In this document: positions 28,242 to 38,100 of the stretch, piece after piece
Position numbering within the stretch: position 1 is the stretch's first letter
How the letters are laid out: each line of letters starts with the position of its first letter
Origin: a virus
IMG/VR virus record: IMGVR_UViG_3300031521_000027
Span: 40,214-104,213 of that record
Reading direction: 5' to 3' (one strand)
Length of the DNA stretch: 64,000 nucleotides
The notes under the pieces: generated by a model
Seen by the model: only the letters and a program-made list of their open reading frames with translations
What the model was told of the DNA's origin: nothing
Database searches by the model: none
Made by a program: the position numbers and the translations under genes

Positions 28242-28781
28242 TTGTCCAACATCCCGCAGTGGTTGGCGGACATAACTGTCGGTCAGATCTTTGTTGTTCT
28301 GGTCGGGATCGGGGCCATCGTGGCTGCGTGGAGGTTCGTTTCCCCGTTGGCTGTGGGACTCAAGCATTTCTTCGAGGACTGGAACGGAGAGCCTGACCGG
28401 AAGGGTGTCGATGGGCGTCCCGGGGTCATGGCCACCCTCAAGGATCACGGCGACGAGATCATCAAGAACACCGCCAAGCTGGAAGCCATCGAGTCGCAGG
28501 TGACCCCGAACCATGGCTCCGAACTGAAGCTCGCAGAAGAGCTACAGAACCTCCGCAAGGAGGTCGCCACTCTCAATGAAGGAGTGGCCAAAACACAGGT
28601 CGATGTCGCCTCTCTTACTTCCGGGATGAAGGAAACTCAGGGGGCCTTGAACGAGCACTTGGAGAACGTCCCGGTGATCTTGGCCGACCTGCTGGAGAAG
28701 GCCAGCGACAACGCCGCCGAGATGATCGTCACTGCTCGGGCAGGTCACCTCCAGCCCACTCTCTTCGAGGATCACCGCTGA
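28242..28781 (+). CDS. Single-TM coiled-coil protein of the lysis cassette
   Basis: N-terminal TM, DWNGEP..GV..RPGVM..L and VTPNHGS motif typical of actinophage lysis-adjacent proteins; TTG after AGGAGG. Confidence 0.7.
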   Translation: MSNIPQWLADITVGQIFVVLVGIGAIVAAWRFVSPLAVGLKHFFEDWNGEPDRKGVDGRPGVMATLKDHGDEIIKNTAKLEAIESQVTPNHGSELKLAEELQNLRKEVATLNEGVAKTQVDVASLTSGMKETQGALNEHLENVPVILADLLEKASDNAAEMIVTARAGHLQPTLFEDHR

Positions 28782-28831
28782 GTCGATCTTCATGGGTGTG
28801 AAGGACTGACCACGTACAAGAAGAGGACCCA

Positions 28832-29371
28832 ATGACATCCCTGTCCGTACTGCTCACGCCGGATTTCTGGAAAGGAATCGGCTTCGCACTGTTCCGCACC
28901 TTCGTGGCGGCAGTGTTCCCCTTCCTGCTGGCCTACTCCGCAGGCATCCCCATCCTCCCGCTGGCGGTGGTGTCGCAGGTCGTTCTGGTCCTGATCATCA
29001 CCGTGCTGACCTCCTTCAAGGGGCTCCCTGAACCGGGACCCAATGCGGGCTTCTGGGAGATCCTTGGCAGCAGGTTCATCCGCCAGTTCACCCAGTTCAT
29101 GATCGCTGGCATTGGCACCATCCTGTTGGTTGAGAACGTGCCGTGGACGACCCTCCTGCTGGGCGCTTTCGCCTCCGCAGCAGCCACTGCCATGCAGGCT
29201 TCCCTGATCGTCATCCCCGGTGTGAACGTGGCCTCCTCCCCGGCAGTCGTGGTCGCTCCCGCAGGGACCATCGTCATCACGAACAACAGCATCCCTACGG
29301 TTGAGATTGTTGAGGACTACGCCCCGGAGCGGGCCGCGTCGGTGGACGAAGAGGACCCCCCACTGACCTGA
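28832..29371 (+). CDS. Holin (4-TM, duplicated r1t-like unit)
   Basis: Two repeats FW....RTF / FW....RFIRQFTQ with hydrophobic pairs; near the endolysin. Confidence 0.75.
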   Translation: MTSLSVLLTPDFWKGIGFALFRTFVAAVFPFLLAYSAGIPILPLAVVSQVVLVLIITVLTSFKGLPEPGPNAGFWEILGSRFIRQFTQFMIAGIGTILLVENVPWTTLLLGAFASAAATAMQASLIVIPGVNVASSPAVVVAPAGTIVITNNSIPTVEIVEDYAPERAASVDEEDPPLT

Positions 29372-29389
29372 GATTCGCTACCTACAGGA

Positions 29390-29433
29390 AGAACCGCCCC
29401 CGCCCTCGTATGAGGCTGTTCGGGGGCGGTTCT
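29390..29433. terminator. Hairpin terminator
   Basis: AGAACCGCCCCCG/CGGGGGCGGTTCT 13-bp stem. Confidence 0.7.
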
Positions 29434-29462
29434 GCGTAATGCACCAAGAGAGGCGTACCAGT
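29432..29462 (+). promoter_or_regulatory. Phage class-II promoter, leaderless
   Basis: Exact consensus; ATG at 29467. Confidence 0.8.
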
Positions 29463-29466
29463 GAGT

Positions 29467-30033
29467 ATGAGCAATGAAGACCACCCGGGGACTGTGACCC
29501 CATCCAAGGCCGTGGAAGCAACCGTGGAGAAGGCCGTGGCGGCGGTGGTGGATGCGTCCGTCACCGAGCAGCACGCGGCTGCTGCTGAGCACGACTCCAT
29601 GGCCGCTGAGCACACGGTCGCCGCCGACCGGAGCAATGCACTGATTCAGGACAGGGCAGACCGCCGCAAGTTCATGCTGAAGATGGTCAACCGGATCGGG
29701 GTGTGGATCGTCCTGCTGTTCGCCGCGTTCGGAGCTGCGGTCTTCATCCAGTCCGTGCTGGCCACCCTCGACGAGAAGGCCACCCACCGCAACGAGTTCG
29801 TCTCGGAGTGCGCCACGGGCGGGAACCGTGTCTTCGTCGGCGACAACAACCAGTGGGTCTGCGTCAAGGGCGACGTGATGTCGGTGACCAACACCAGCGG
29901 CGAACCGGGAACCCCCTCCAAGGCCGACGCACAGGCAGCCTGTGTCACGCTGGGCTTCCTGCCCCTGAGCCCCTTCAACGCCGAGACGTGGGTCTACTGC
30001 GTCAAGGGTGTTGTCGTGGACGTGCTCCAGTGA
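29467..30033 (+). CDS. Single-TM protein with external Cys-paired repeats
   Basis: TM IGVWIVLLFAAFGAAVFI; two C...WxxCVKG units. Confidence 0.7.
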   Translation: MSNEDHPGTVTPSKAVEATVEKAVAAVVDASVTEQHAAAAEHDSMAAEHTVAADRSNALIQDRADRRKFMLKMVNRIGVWIVLLFAAFGAAVFIQSVLATLDEKATHRNEFVSECATGGNRVFVGDNNQWVCVKGDVMSVTNTSGEPGTPSKADAQAACVTLGFLPLSPFNAETWVYCVKGVVVDVLQ

Positions 30034-30551
30034 TCCGTACCCTCTCCGACGTTCCCGGTGCTGTGCGCCGCGTCCTGCGCAAGGTTGACTTCGTCGCCAA
30101 GAAGAAGCTCTCCGATCAGGGCCACGCCTACAACTGCTACGACGAGCCGGTGGTGGCCGAGGTCGAGGAGGCCAACGTCATCACCTCCGTGATCGAGGCG
30201 AAGCTGCCGGAGTTCCTCTACGACGAGGAGCAGGAGTTCGTGGGAGGGGCCTGCCAGCACGCCCCGGTGCTCGACCTCGACATCCCGTGCATCCTGCTGC
30301 CCTCCACCACCCCGGGGCACCACCACCTGATCATCGATCACCCCATGGACTGGGGCCAGTACCTCAACCTGATGGCTGCCATGGTGCACGCCGGGATCTT
30401 GGAGCAGGGCTACTTCGAGGCCACCAAGGCTCGTGGGTACAGCTCGATCCGGCTGCCGTGGGTGAAGCGGGAGGAGCCCCGCGTCCCCATCCAGCCAGCT
30501 CCGGAACCCGTTTCAGAAAACATCGACTTTGATTGGGAAGGACTGTTCTGA
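30030..30551 (+). CDS. Paralog of 15128-15568 (DxD / SxxxGHxH protein)
   Basis: QHAPVLDLDIP..LLPSTTPGHHHLIIDHPM...GILEQG; GTGA overlap. Confidence 0.65.
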   Translation: MIRTLSDVPGAVRRVLRKVDFVAKKKLSDQGHAYNCYDEPVVAEVEEANVITSVIEAKLPEFLYDEEQEFVGGACQHAPVLDLDIPCILLPSTTPGHHHLIIDHPMDWGQYLNLMAAMVHAGILEQGYFEATKARGYSSIRLPWVKREEPRVPIQPAPEPVSENIDFDWEGLF

Positions 30552-30898
30552 TGAGCAAGAAGCACGCCGAGGAAAACATCCCGCTGGAGCCTGTCGCATG
30601 GCGGGTCCGGGGAGCTGTCTACCCCACCGGCTCGGGCAAGATCGCCAAGACCGACATCACCCTCGGTGACGGCCTGCCTCCCACCATCCTGATGCGCTTC
30701 GGCACGGACCCAGACGGGGCCACAGTGGTCGACGTCACCGCAGGTGGACTGGCGGCAGGGGACACGCTCCCGGAGAGCCTGAGGGGCATTGGAGCCCTCC
30801 TGAGGGAGGTCGCAGCGGTCTTCATGGATCAGGAGCCGGTCAAGGTGGTCGTGGCCGAGAAGCCGCTGCCCAACGGCATGGTCAAGGTGCTGGGCTAG
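30551..30898 (+). CDS. Hypothetical protein
   Basis: TGATG coupling, phage-like codon usage. Confidence 0.65.
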   Translation: MSKKHAEENIPLEPVAWRVRGAVYPTGSGKIAKTDITLGDGLPPTILMRFGTDPDGATVVDVTAGGLAAGDTLPESLRGIGALLREVAAVFMDQEPVKVVVAEKPLPNGMVKVLG

Positions 30899-30920
30899 AG
30901 CTAGGTCGATCTTCTATGGC

Positions 30921-31061
30921 ATGTCCATAGACCCTGCACTGAGTCCCGAGCTTGAGCCGGTCGAAGAGATCGAAGACGAAGAGATCTCCGACGAGGAACT
31001 CGAAGCCAACCAGCCGCCTGCCGACCCCTCCATCGAGGGCACCGACGGGATGCCGGAATGA
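30921..31061 (+). CDS. 46-aa acidic peptide coupled to the endolysin (not in ORF track)
   Basis: MSIDPALSPELEPVEEIEDEEISDEELEANQPPADPSIEGTDGMPE; ATG 6 nt after GTCGATCTTC; ATGA overlap. Confidence 0.6.
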   Translation: MSIDPALSPELEPVEEIEDEEISDEELEANQPPADPSIEGTDGMPE

Positions 31062-32419
31062 TCCTCCTCGCGGACGCACAGGCCTTCTGCCTGCGGCTCG
31101 ACAAGGTCGCCAACATCGGCTACGACCAAGGCGAACGGTGGGACTTCTACCGCAACGGCAAGCTCGTGCTCGGAGCCACCGAGGGTGACTGCTCGACCGT
31201 GTGTGGAGCCATCGCCAAGGAGGCCGGTATCCCGGTCGTCCTGTCCGGCACGTTCTACACCGGCAACTACGCCATCAAGATGAAGGCCGCTGGCTGCAAG
31301 GTCATCCGGTTCGAGTCGATGTCGCAGGTCAAGGTCGGCGACTTCCTCCTGACCCCGGGCCATCACGTCGAGTTCGTCTACAGCGAGACCAAGATGTTCT
31401 CGGCCCATCAGGACGAGCGTGGCCGCGCATCCGGTGGCAAGGCTGGAGACCAGACGGGCAAGGAGGTCGGCTTCAGGACCTTGGCGAACCGCCCCGGTGG
31501 CTGGACCTACATCATCCGCCCGCAGTACACCACCGTCACCAAGCCGGTGCCTGTCGTGGTCCCCGGCATCGTCATCACCGAGGCCCAGCTGGCTGCCGCA
31601 CTCAAGGCTGCCGGTTCGAGCACCGTCCGCGCGAAGGTCTGCACCGGGTACAACGCCAAGGGTGAGCGGGTCTACACCGCCACCTCGCTGAAGGACCTCG
31701 CGGCCATGGCCACTGTGGCGCTGAAGGGTCAGAAGCTGACCCGTCACGGCGTCGCTGCGTGGGTCGGCACGATGCTTCAGGAGTCTGCATGGCTGGCCAC
31801 GACCGTCGAGTACGGCGCGGACAAGAAGCGCTACGACCCCTACCGGGGCCGGTCGTTCGAGCAGATCACGTGGAAGGACAACTACGCGGCGTTCGGGGTC
31901 TGGGCCAAGAGCCGGGGTCTCATCACCGACGCCAACCTGTTCGTCGACCACCCGGATGAACTCGGCAAGCTCGGGTGGGCGTGGGTCGGAGGCATCTGGT
32001 ACTTCTCAGCGCGCAAGCTGTGGGGCTACGGCAACTCCGGCGACTTCCAGAGGGTCCAGACCGCCGTCAACATGGGCACCGCCTCCGGCGAGAAGTACCC
32101 GGCTGGCTGGGACGCTCGACTGTCGGCCTACCGGGCGTTCCTGTCGGCCTACGGCAAGCCCGCCGCACTCGCGGTGGACGGTGACTTCGGCACCAAGTCG
32201 TGGAAGCGGGTGCAGGAGTTCCTCGGGGTCGAGATCGATGGCCAGACCGGGGGCCAGACCTACCGCGCGCTCCGCAAGTGGCTCGGCTACAGCGACGGTG
32301 ACGTCCTGAACTCCGGTGTCATCGGAGCGTTGCAGTCCAAGATCGGTGTGTCCAAGGACGGCGACTGGGGTCCCAAGACCTCGACTGCTTTCCAGAAGTA
32401 CCTGAACGCTCATCGGTAG
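31058..32419 (+). CDS. Endolysin: NlpC/CHAP-like peptidase + GH19-like glycosidase + peptidoglycan-binding repeats
   Basis: GDCS...GHHVE; QESAWL..EYG..YRGRSFEQITWKDNY; three DGxxG..T repeats. Confidence 0.9.
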   Translation: MILLADAQAFCLRLDKVANIGYDQGERWDFYRNGKLVLGATEGDCSTVCGAIAKEAGIPVVLSGTFYTGNYAIKMKAAGCKVIRFESMSQVKVGDFLLTPGHHVEFVYSETKMFSAHQDERGRASGGKAGDQTGKEVGFRTLANRPGGWTYIIRPQYTTVTKPVPVVVPGIVITEAQLAAALKAAGSSTVRAKVCTGYNAKGERVYTATSLKDLAAMATVALKGQKLTRHGVAAWVGTMLQESAWLATTVEYGADKKRYDPYRGRSFEQITWKDNYAAFGVWAKSRGLITDANLFVDHPDELGKLGWAWVGGIWYFSARKLWGYGNSGDFQRVQTAVNMGTASGEKYPAGWDARLSAYRAFLSAYGKPAALAVDGDFGTKSWKRVQEFLGVEIDGQTGGQTYRALRKWLGYSDGDVLNSGVIGALQSKIGVSKDGDWGPKTSTAFQKYLNAHR

Positions 32420-32446
32420 GTAATAGTTGCCGTAGACTAATCGCGA

Positions 32447-32486
32447 GCCCTGACTCCCCTAATCCCCCCCGTAGGGGAGTCAGGGC
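32447..32486. terminator. Bidirectional hairpin between convergent genes
   Basis: Perfect 15-bp stem GCCCTGACTCCCCTA/TAGGGGAGTCAGGGC with a C-rich loop. Confidence 0.8.
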
Positions 32487-32629
32487 TTAGCTGCGCCTAC
32501 GAGGAGCGGGGCTGTGTCCCATTCCCACAGTCGGTCGGACCAGTAGGCCTGATGGGAGCCGGGGTGGCCTGCCTTCTGGTGGCAGACGAGCGTCCATCCA
32601 CAGGCGGGGGTTCCTTCGTGGTTGCACAT
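32480..32629 (-). CDS. 49-aa Cys/His peptide
   Basis: ATG 6 nt after minus-strand GTCGATCTTC; CGWTLVCHQKAGHPGSH motif. Confidence 0.55.
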   Translation of the reverse strand: MCNHEGTPACGWTLVCHQKAGHPGSHQAYWSDRLWEWDTAPLLVGAAKP

Positions 32630-32644
32630 GTCTCTGAAGATCGA

Positions 32645-32675
32645 CTGCGGATCCCCGGTTCTGCGGCGTACCAGT
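32645..32675 (+). promoter_or_regulatory. Phage class-II promoter, leaderless, back-to-back with a class-III element
   Basis: Exact consensus; ATG at 32680. Confidence 0.8.
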
Positions 32676-32679
32676 AGGT

Positions 32680-33144
32680 ATGGCACATCCTGCAACCCTC
32701 AACATCGTCATGACCGTCGAGAACCCTCCGCTCTTTGCCGCTGAGATCGCCGACGCCGTCGCCGCCAAGCTCTCCCGCGCCGCCATCTGGGACGAGGTCC
32801 AGAAGACACTGGTGGAGTGGGTCGCGCTCTACGCCACGCACACCACCGCCCAGCCCGAGCTGAAGCTGCCCGAGGAGGTCACCGAGTTCCTTGAGGCCGA
32901 GCACGACACCGACGAGAAGCTGAAGGAAGCCGCCGACGTGCTCATCGTGCTGGCGTCCCAGCTGACCTTCGAGGGCTACACCATCGAGGACCTCGCCAAC
33001 GCCGTGCAGGAGAAGCTGCTGGTCAACCTCGCCCGGACGTGGCAGCTCAACGACACCGGCACCATCTCCCACGTCAAGGACGTTTCCGAAAACGATGAGT
33101 CCGGCGTGGTCAGCGACATCGACATCCTGCTGGACGAACTCTGA
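32680..33144 (+). CDS. MazG-like all-alpha NTP pyrophosphohydrolase
   Basis: KLPEEVTEFLEA...KEAADVLIVL (EExxE...ExxD), KLLVNLARTW. Confidence 0.8.
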   Translation: MAHPATLNIVMTVENPPLFAAEIADAVAAKLSRAAIWDEVQKTLVEWVALYATHTTAQPELKLPEEVTEFLEAEHDTDEKLKEAADVLIVLASQLTFEGYTIEDLANAVQEKLLVNLARTWQLNDTGTISHVKDVSENDESGVVSDIDILLDEL

Positions 33145-33632
33145 TGGCTAGCTTCACCGAGTCTGGGTTCCGGGGTGACTACTTCTTCCTGTCGAACTTC
33201 TACGAGCAGCCCCTGTGGATAGGCAGGCTGGGCATGATGGCTCCCACAGGGGAGCACGCCTACAACGCCCTGAAGACGGTCGATACGGCCACCCGTGAGG
33301 CCATCCTGAAGGCAACGACCCCGGGGCAGGCCAAGGGGCTGGGCCGGAAGGCACCCCTGCGGGAGGGCTGGGAAGCAGGTGGCCGTGTGGCAGCCATGTC
33401 CATGGTCATCTCGGCCAAGTTCAGCCTCCCCTTCCGCCCCATCCTGCCCAACCTCGCGGCCATGCTCATCGACACGGACAGCACCATGCTGATCGAGATC
33501 AACGACTGGCACGACAACTTCTGGGGGAGCTGCCTGTGCACCCGGCGCACCTGTGGCGGCAAGGGCATCAACATGCTGGGCGAGCTGCTCATGGCCCGGC
33601 GCACCATCCTCCAGCACCCGAAGGACTTCTGA
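33144..33632 (+). CDS. NADAR-family (YbiA-like) protein
   Basis: FLSNFY, TGEHAY.ALK, AKGLGRK, KF, LIE...DNFWG, GINMLGELLM. Confidence 0.92.
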   Translation: MASFTESGFRGDYFFLSNFYEQPLWIGRLGMMAPTGEHAYNALKTVDTATREAILKATTPGQAKGLGRKAPLREGWEAGGRVAAMSMVISAKFSLPFRPILPNLAAMLIDTDSTMLIEINDWHDNFWGSCLCTRRTCGGKGINMLGELLMARRTILQHPKDF

Positions 33633-34164
33633 TGGCCGAGGGATTCGAGGCAGCTCAGCTGCACCACAGGGACACCCACTTGCCTCAGGGCTTCGTCTCG
33701 GCACAGCCCCCGATCAGGGGCCTGAGCCTGACCATGGAGATCCTCTTGGAAGACGGCAAGGTGGCCCTCCTCGCCGCTCCGAACGCCACCATGGTGTACC
33801 GGGACGCCCAGCTGTCGGACCTCGACCTGCGCCGGGACACGATCTGCGCCGCCCCCGTGTTCGGCTCCGGCGAGCAGTGGATCCGGCTCGATGGCCAGTA
33901 CACGATCACCGTCAACACCGAAGATGATTCTGAGGAGGCCTGATGGCCAACTACTCCGAGCGCATCGAGCGCTCCACCCAGAAGGTCTTCTTCCTGCCGA
34001 CACCCAGCAACTGGGCTGAGGTGTCCAAGATGCTCGCTGGGGTCCAGCAGTACCTGATTGCTGCGAGCATCCCGAACCGCACGTTCGACGACGTGGTCAC
34101 GGTCGAGTCTGACGGTGAGGAGATCCGCTTCATCGTGGATCTCGGAACTGAGGTGGTCGTATGA
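33632..34164 (+). other. Two coupled hypothetical genes (33632-33943, 33943-34164)
   Basis: TGATG overlaps, phage-like codon usage. Confidence 0.6.
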
Positions 34165-34589
34165 TCCGGGTCGTGGTCAGGGGCCGCGCCGGAGGCAAGA
34201 CCTCCGAGATGATCAAGCTGACCGCAGCCGATCCCGATGCCATCATGATCGTCGCCAACTCACCGCAGGCCGGGTGGGTCAAGAGGCAGGCCACCCTGAT
34301 GGGGGTTCGCCTCAGGCCTGAGCAGATCATCACCTTGGGGCAGTTGCAGAATGGGGAGCTTCAGGGGCATGGGCGGCACCCACGCTACGGGGTGGTGGAC
34401 AACGCCGACATCGTGCTGGAGATGCTGCTGGGGATCCCCGTCGGAGCCATCTCCCTCAACGGTGCAGAGCTGGACGTCAAGCCGATCTCCGATGAGGAGG
34501 CGTGCCAGCCGAGGCCCGACATCCGCGCCGCCGCACAGGACATGCCCAAGCGCGAGCCGAACCTGCTCGCCGACACCGACTGCGTCTGA
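34161..34589 (+). CDS. Small P-loop protein
   Basis: RGRAGGKTS Walker A-like and VVDNAD Walker B-like. Confidence 0.55.
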   Translation: MIRVVVRGRAGGKTSEMIKLTAADPDAIMIVANSPQAGWVKRQATLMGVRLRPEQIITLGQLQNGELQGHGRHPRYGVVDNADIVLEMLLGIPVGAISLNGAELDVKPISDEEACQPRPDIRAAAQDMPKREPNLLADTDCV

Positions 34590-34598
34590 TGCTGAGAT

Positions 34599-34700
34599 CA
34601 GCATGGTCAGAGTCCCATGCTGGTACCCTTGGCTTCGGTCGGGTGACCCCAGAGGGGGTGCTCGCAGCCGCTGTCCACACCGGACGCGACTGCGTCCCCA
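34599..34700 (+). ncRNA. Multi-hairpin structured leader
   Basis: CAGCATGG/CCATGCTG, a cUUCGg hairpin, CCCC-AGA-GGGG and GGACGC/GCGTCC. Confidence 0.45.
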
Positions 34701-34717
34701 CACAGAGAGAAGACACC

Positions 34718-34966
34718 ATGGCCATCACCGCGAGGTTCTACGTTTCCGAGGTCACCAAGTACGCCGGACGCGACGATCAGGGCACCGTCAGGCTGCGCCC
34801 GTCCTACGCCAACGGCGCGAACAAGGAGTGGGCGTCGGCGACACCGACTGGCGAGATCACGATGGGAGTCAACAACCCGGAGGCGTTCGCCGAGTTCGAC
34901 GCAGCCCGGCTGGCCAGCGATGACATCCACATCACCTTCGAGCGTCACCCGAGGGCTACTGTCTGA
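34718..34966 (+). CDS. 82-aa conserved-looking hypothetical protein
   Basis: MAITARFYVSEV...NKEWASATPTGEITMGVNNPEA pattern; purine-rich RBS. Confidence 0.75.
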   Translation: MAITARFYVSEVTKYAGRDDQGTVRLRPSYANGANKEWASATPTGEITMGVNNPEAFAEFDAARLASDDIHITFERHPRATV

Positions 34967-34971
34967 GGCAC

Positions 34972-35068
34972 GAGTGGGCCGGGCACCGTCACGTACCTGA
35001 CGGTGGGAAGGTGGAGACGTCCACCGAGTTGGTTGATCCCCGGGAGCGAGAGGTGGTACCTCGCACTT
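34972..35068 (+). ncRNA. Multi-branch structured element
   Basis: CCGGG/CCCGG enclosing CACCGTCA/TGACGGTG and GGTGGA/TCCACC, then GCGAG/CTCGC. Confidence 0.45.
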
Positions 35069-35140
35069 AGCTTGACTTGGGACATCTCCATGGCCTAAGC
35101 TAGAGACATCAAGCGGTCAGCTTGCACAACAGGAGGAACC

Positions 35141-38100
35141 ATGGCCAGCATCCAGATCACCGAGCCCGCAGCCTCATCCGAGCAGGCCCGGCACGAGATC
35201 CTCGCCGTCGCCCTCGGCACCATCCCCACGGAGAACGGTGAGCTGTCCGACGCGGCAGCCAAGACCATCGCGTCGTGGTGGCAGTCCTCCGGCACTGTCG
35301 GCAGCGCCCTCGCCTCACTGGCCTCCGGCGCAGCGGTGGATCGCGACTACCTCTACGAGGACATCGGCGCGACCGGGCGCACGGCCATGCCTATGTGGCC
35401 CCGCGAGCTGGAGATGATGGCGACGTGGTGCCTGAACCATGCCTGAGCTTCCCCCGGTCACCGAGGACGAGTGGTGGCCGCTGGTGGGGGAGCTGGTAGA
35501 GACCACGGTCTACGGACACAAGCGCCTCCTGCCGGTGGTCCAGCCCTTCACTGTGAACGAGCGCCCCATCCGCCTGTACGGGCGGGTCTTCAACATCGGA
35601 GACTTGGTCATCGAGCTGTCAGCGGGTGGGCCCAAGAGGCTCCGGTTCATCTACCGCCTGCCAAGGGAGCTGAGGCTCGTTTCCTGAAACGTGTTGACAT
35701 CTGCCCAACCTAGTCCTAAGATAGAGACATGAACCGCACCGACACCGTCGCCGCCCACGAGGTGGCAGCCGAGATCAGCCGCCTGATCCAGACCGGCGTG
35801 AAGATGAGCCTCGGCTTCCACTCCGCTGCCGTCTCGTCCAACGAGCCCGGCACTGGGCTCTTCCTCCCCGGCTACACCTTCCTCGCCAAGATCATCGCCT
35901 TCCGCAAGGACGGCACTCGGGGCTCCTCCGCCCGGATCATGCGGGTCACGGTCACCCTGAACTCCAACGACCTCTACAACATCGACGTGCGCTACGCCGC
36001 CCGCCGCTCCGTGGTCGGCGACACCGTCCACTTCCAGCTGGACGACATCTACGCCTCCATGCTGAACAAGTTCCTGCTGGCCCTCGACTACGACGGCGAC
36101 GCCGTCCTCAACCCCCGGATTGTGGGCTAACCATGGACCTCAACGAAGCACAGACCATCCTCGCCGAGCGCGAGATCCGCGCCCTCGCCTCCACCATGCT
36201 CAGCCGGGTCAGCAACCGCAGGGACCACCCCAGCTACGGGGTGTCCAAGGCGGCGATCCGTGAGGCCTACAGCATGATGACCGGAGCCATCGCCCTCTAC
36301 GGGATGCTCACCAGCCAGATCGGGAGCCCCCTCGTGTGGCACATGGTGACCTTCAAGCTGCCCGGTACGGCCACCCGTGTCGACGCCGCCACCACAGCCT
36401 TCAAGGCGCTCTGACATGATCGACGGACCCAAGATGCACGTCGAGGTCGGGCAGGTCATCTACGCCTACGACGACATGGGGCGCAAGATGAATGCCGAGA
36501 GGCTGATCGTCAGCAGGGTCTCCCGGGTGTACTTCTACGCCAGCTCCACCGGCAAGGCAGACAAGTGGAGTGAGCACGCCTTCACCATCGCTGGTGGTGA
36601 CGAGCGGGTCAAGTTCGGCTCCTCCCGCACGGCCTACACCGAGCAGGGGTGGGCCGAGTACGCCGCCTCACAGGAGGTTCGCGACGAGCTTCGCACGTTG
36701 GGGGTCGAGCACAACTACGGGCTCAAGGCCTACGCTCGTGCGTCCCTCAGCCAGCTCACCCGCATCCGCGACATCCTCAAGGAGGGGTTGTGAGCATCTT
36801 CGACAGCCCGCACTGGTCCAACGTCTGGGGACTCATCCTCTGGACCGGGACTGCTGAGGAGGCCGAGCAGCTGCTCGCTGAGACCCCAGCCGGGATCGAG
36901 CGGCGCTTCCTCAAGGAGGCCACCTTCGCCCTGCGCTGGGCTACGAGCAGGGACCGGACTCCACCCCACGAGTGGGATGAGGCTGACGAGGTTTGGCTGC
37001 ACGACCTGCTGGAGACCATCCAGAGGTCCAAGCGCAGGTACGTCCCCCCGACCCCTGAGCAGGCTCGCGAGGCTCTCCGGCAGTGGGAGCTGGTCAAGGC
37101 CAAGTGGCTGGAAGAGCACTCCGCCCTGACTGCACAGTGGGGAGCATCCCCCAAGAAGGGGCAGCCGGGACGCTACGACTACACCACGGGTCGGGACGAG
37201 GATCGCTGCAAGGTCTGCGGGAAGCTCCAGTGCCGCAACGACGATCACCTCTTTCCCGAAACTACTTGACATAAGGTAGAGACAGGTCCTAAGATAGAGA
37301 CATGACGAACCACGTGTACCAGACGCTTGTGACCACCCCCGCCTTCCTCGCGGGCAGGTCCGCTGCCATCACCGACATGCTGCGTGTGCAGGGCTCGGTC
37401 ACCCCCTACGGTCCCCTGCTGGACACGCAGGGCTCCGAGTTCAAGTCCGGCTACCTCATGGAGGTCGACGAGTTCGACGCCCTCCCCGAAGACATCCAGA
37501 AGACCCAGCTCACCAGCTGGGAAGCCCAGCGCAGCTCCAAGGGGAACTGACCATGAACGAGCCGATCACCGAGTACCTCGACGAGGGCCGGGACTACGCC
37601 AAGGACATGGCTGCCGAGGCGCGCGAGCGCCGTACCGAGGACGCCCGCCGCTCCAAGTGGTCCAAGAAGAAGGTGCGTTGATGTTCATCCGGATCACTGC
37701 CACCCACATCCACGGCCAGCAGACCACCCGGGAGCTGACCTTCCGGAGCAAGGACGTCGTGGACAAGATGGTCCTCGACGCCTTCGCCGATCCCAACATC
37801 GCGAGCTTCGACCTGAAGGTCTGGAACACTCGCAAGGGTGCTGGGCTGGTCAAGGTCGATGGCCAGCTGGTCCCCACCGAAGGACCGGACTACCACGCCG
37901 CCAAGCACTCCGACGGAACCTTCACCAGCTTCACCAAGATCGGCTGAGAGATGATTCTGAGCATCCCGCCCGAGCAGTGCACCCACCACCCGGTCGACCG
38001 CGCCTTCGTGGCTCACGCCGGGGAGCACCCTCCGTTCGCGTGGTGCGTCGAGTGCCGGGAGTACGTGGAGATCGACGTCGACTACGCCCTGAAGTTCCAC

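Noticed and set aside
28750-28770. QPTLF beta-clamp-binding-like motif
   Set aside because: Lies at the end of a lysis-cassette membrane protein; likely coincidental
34584-35070. Hammerhead, hairpin, pistol or twister ribozyme in the structured blocks
   Set aside because: Only fragments (CTGATGC, AGAGAAGAC, GTTGATC) are present; complete catalytic cores and required pairings were not found
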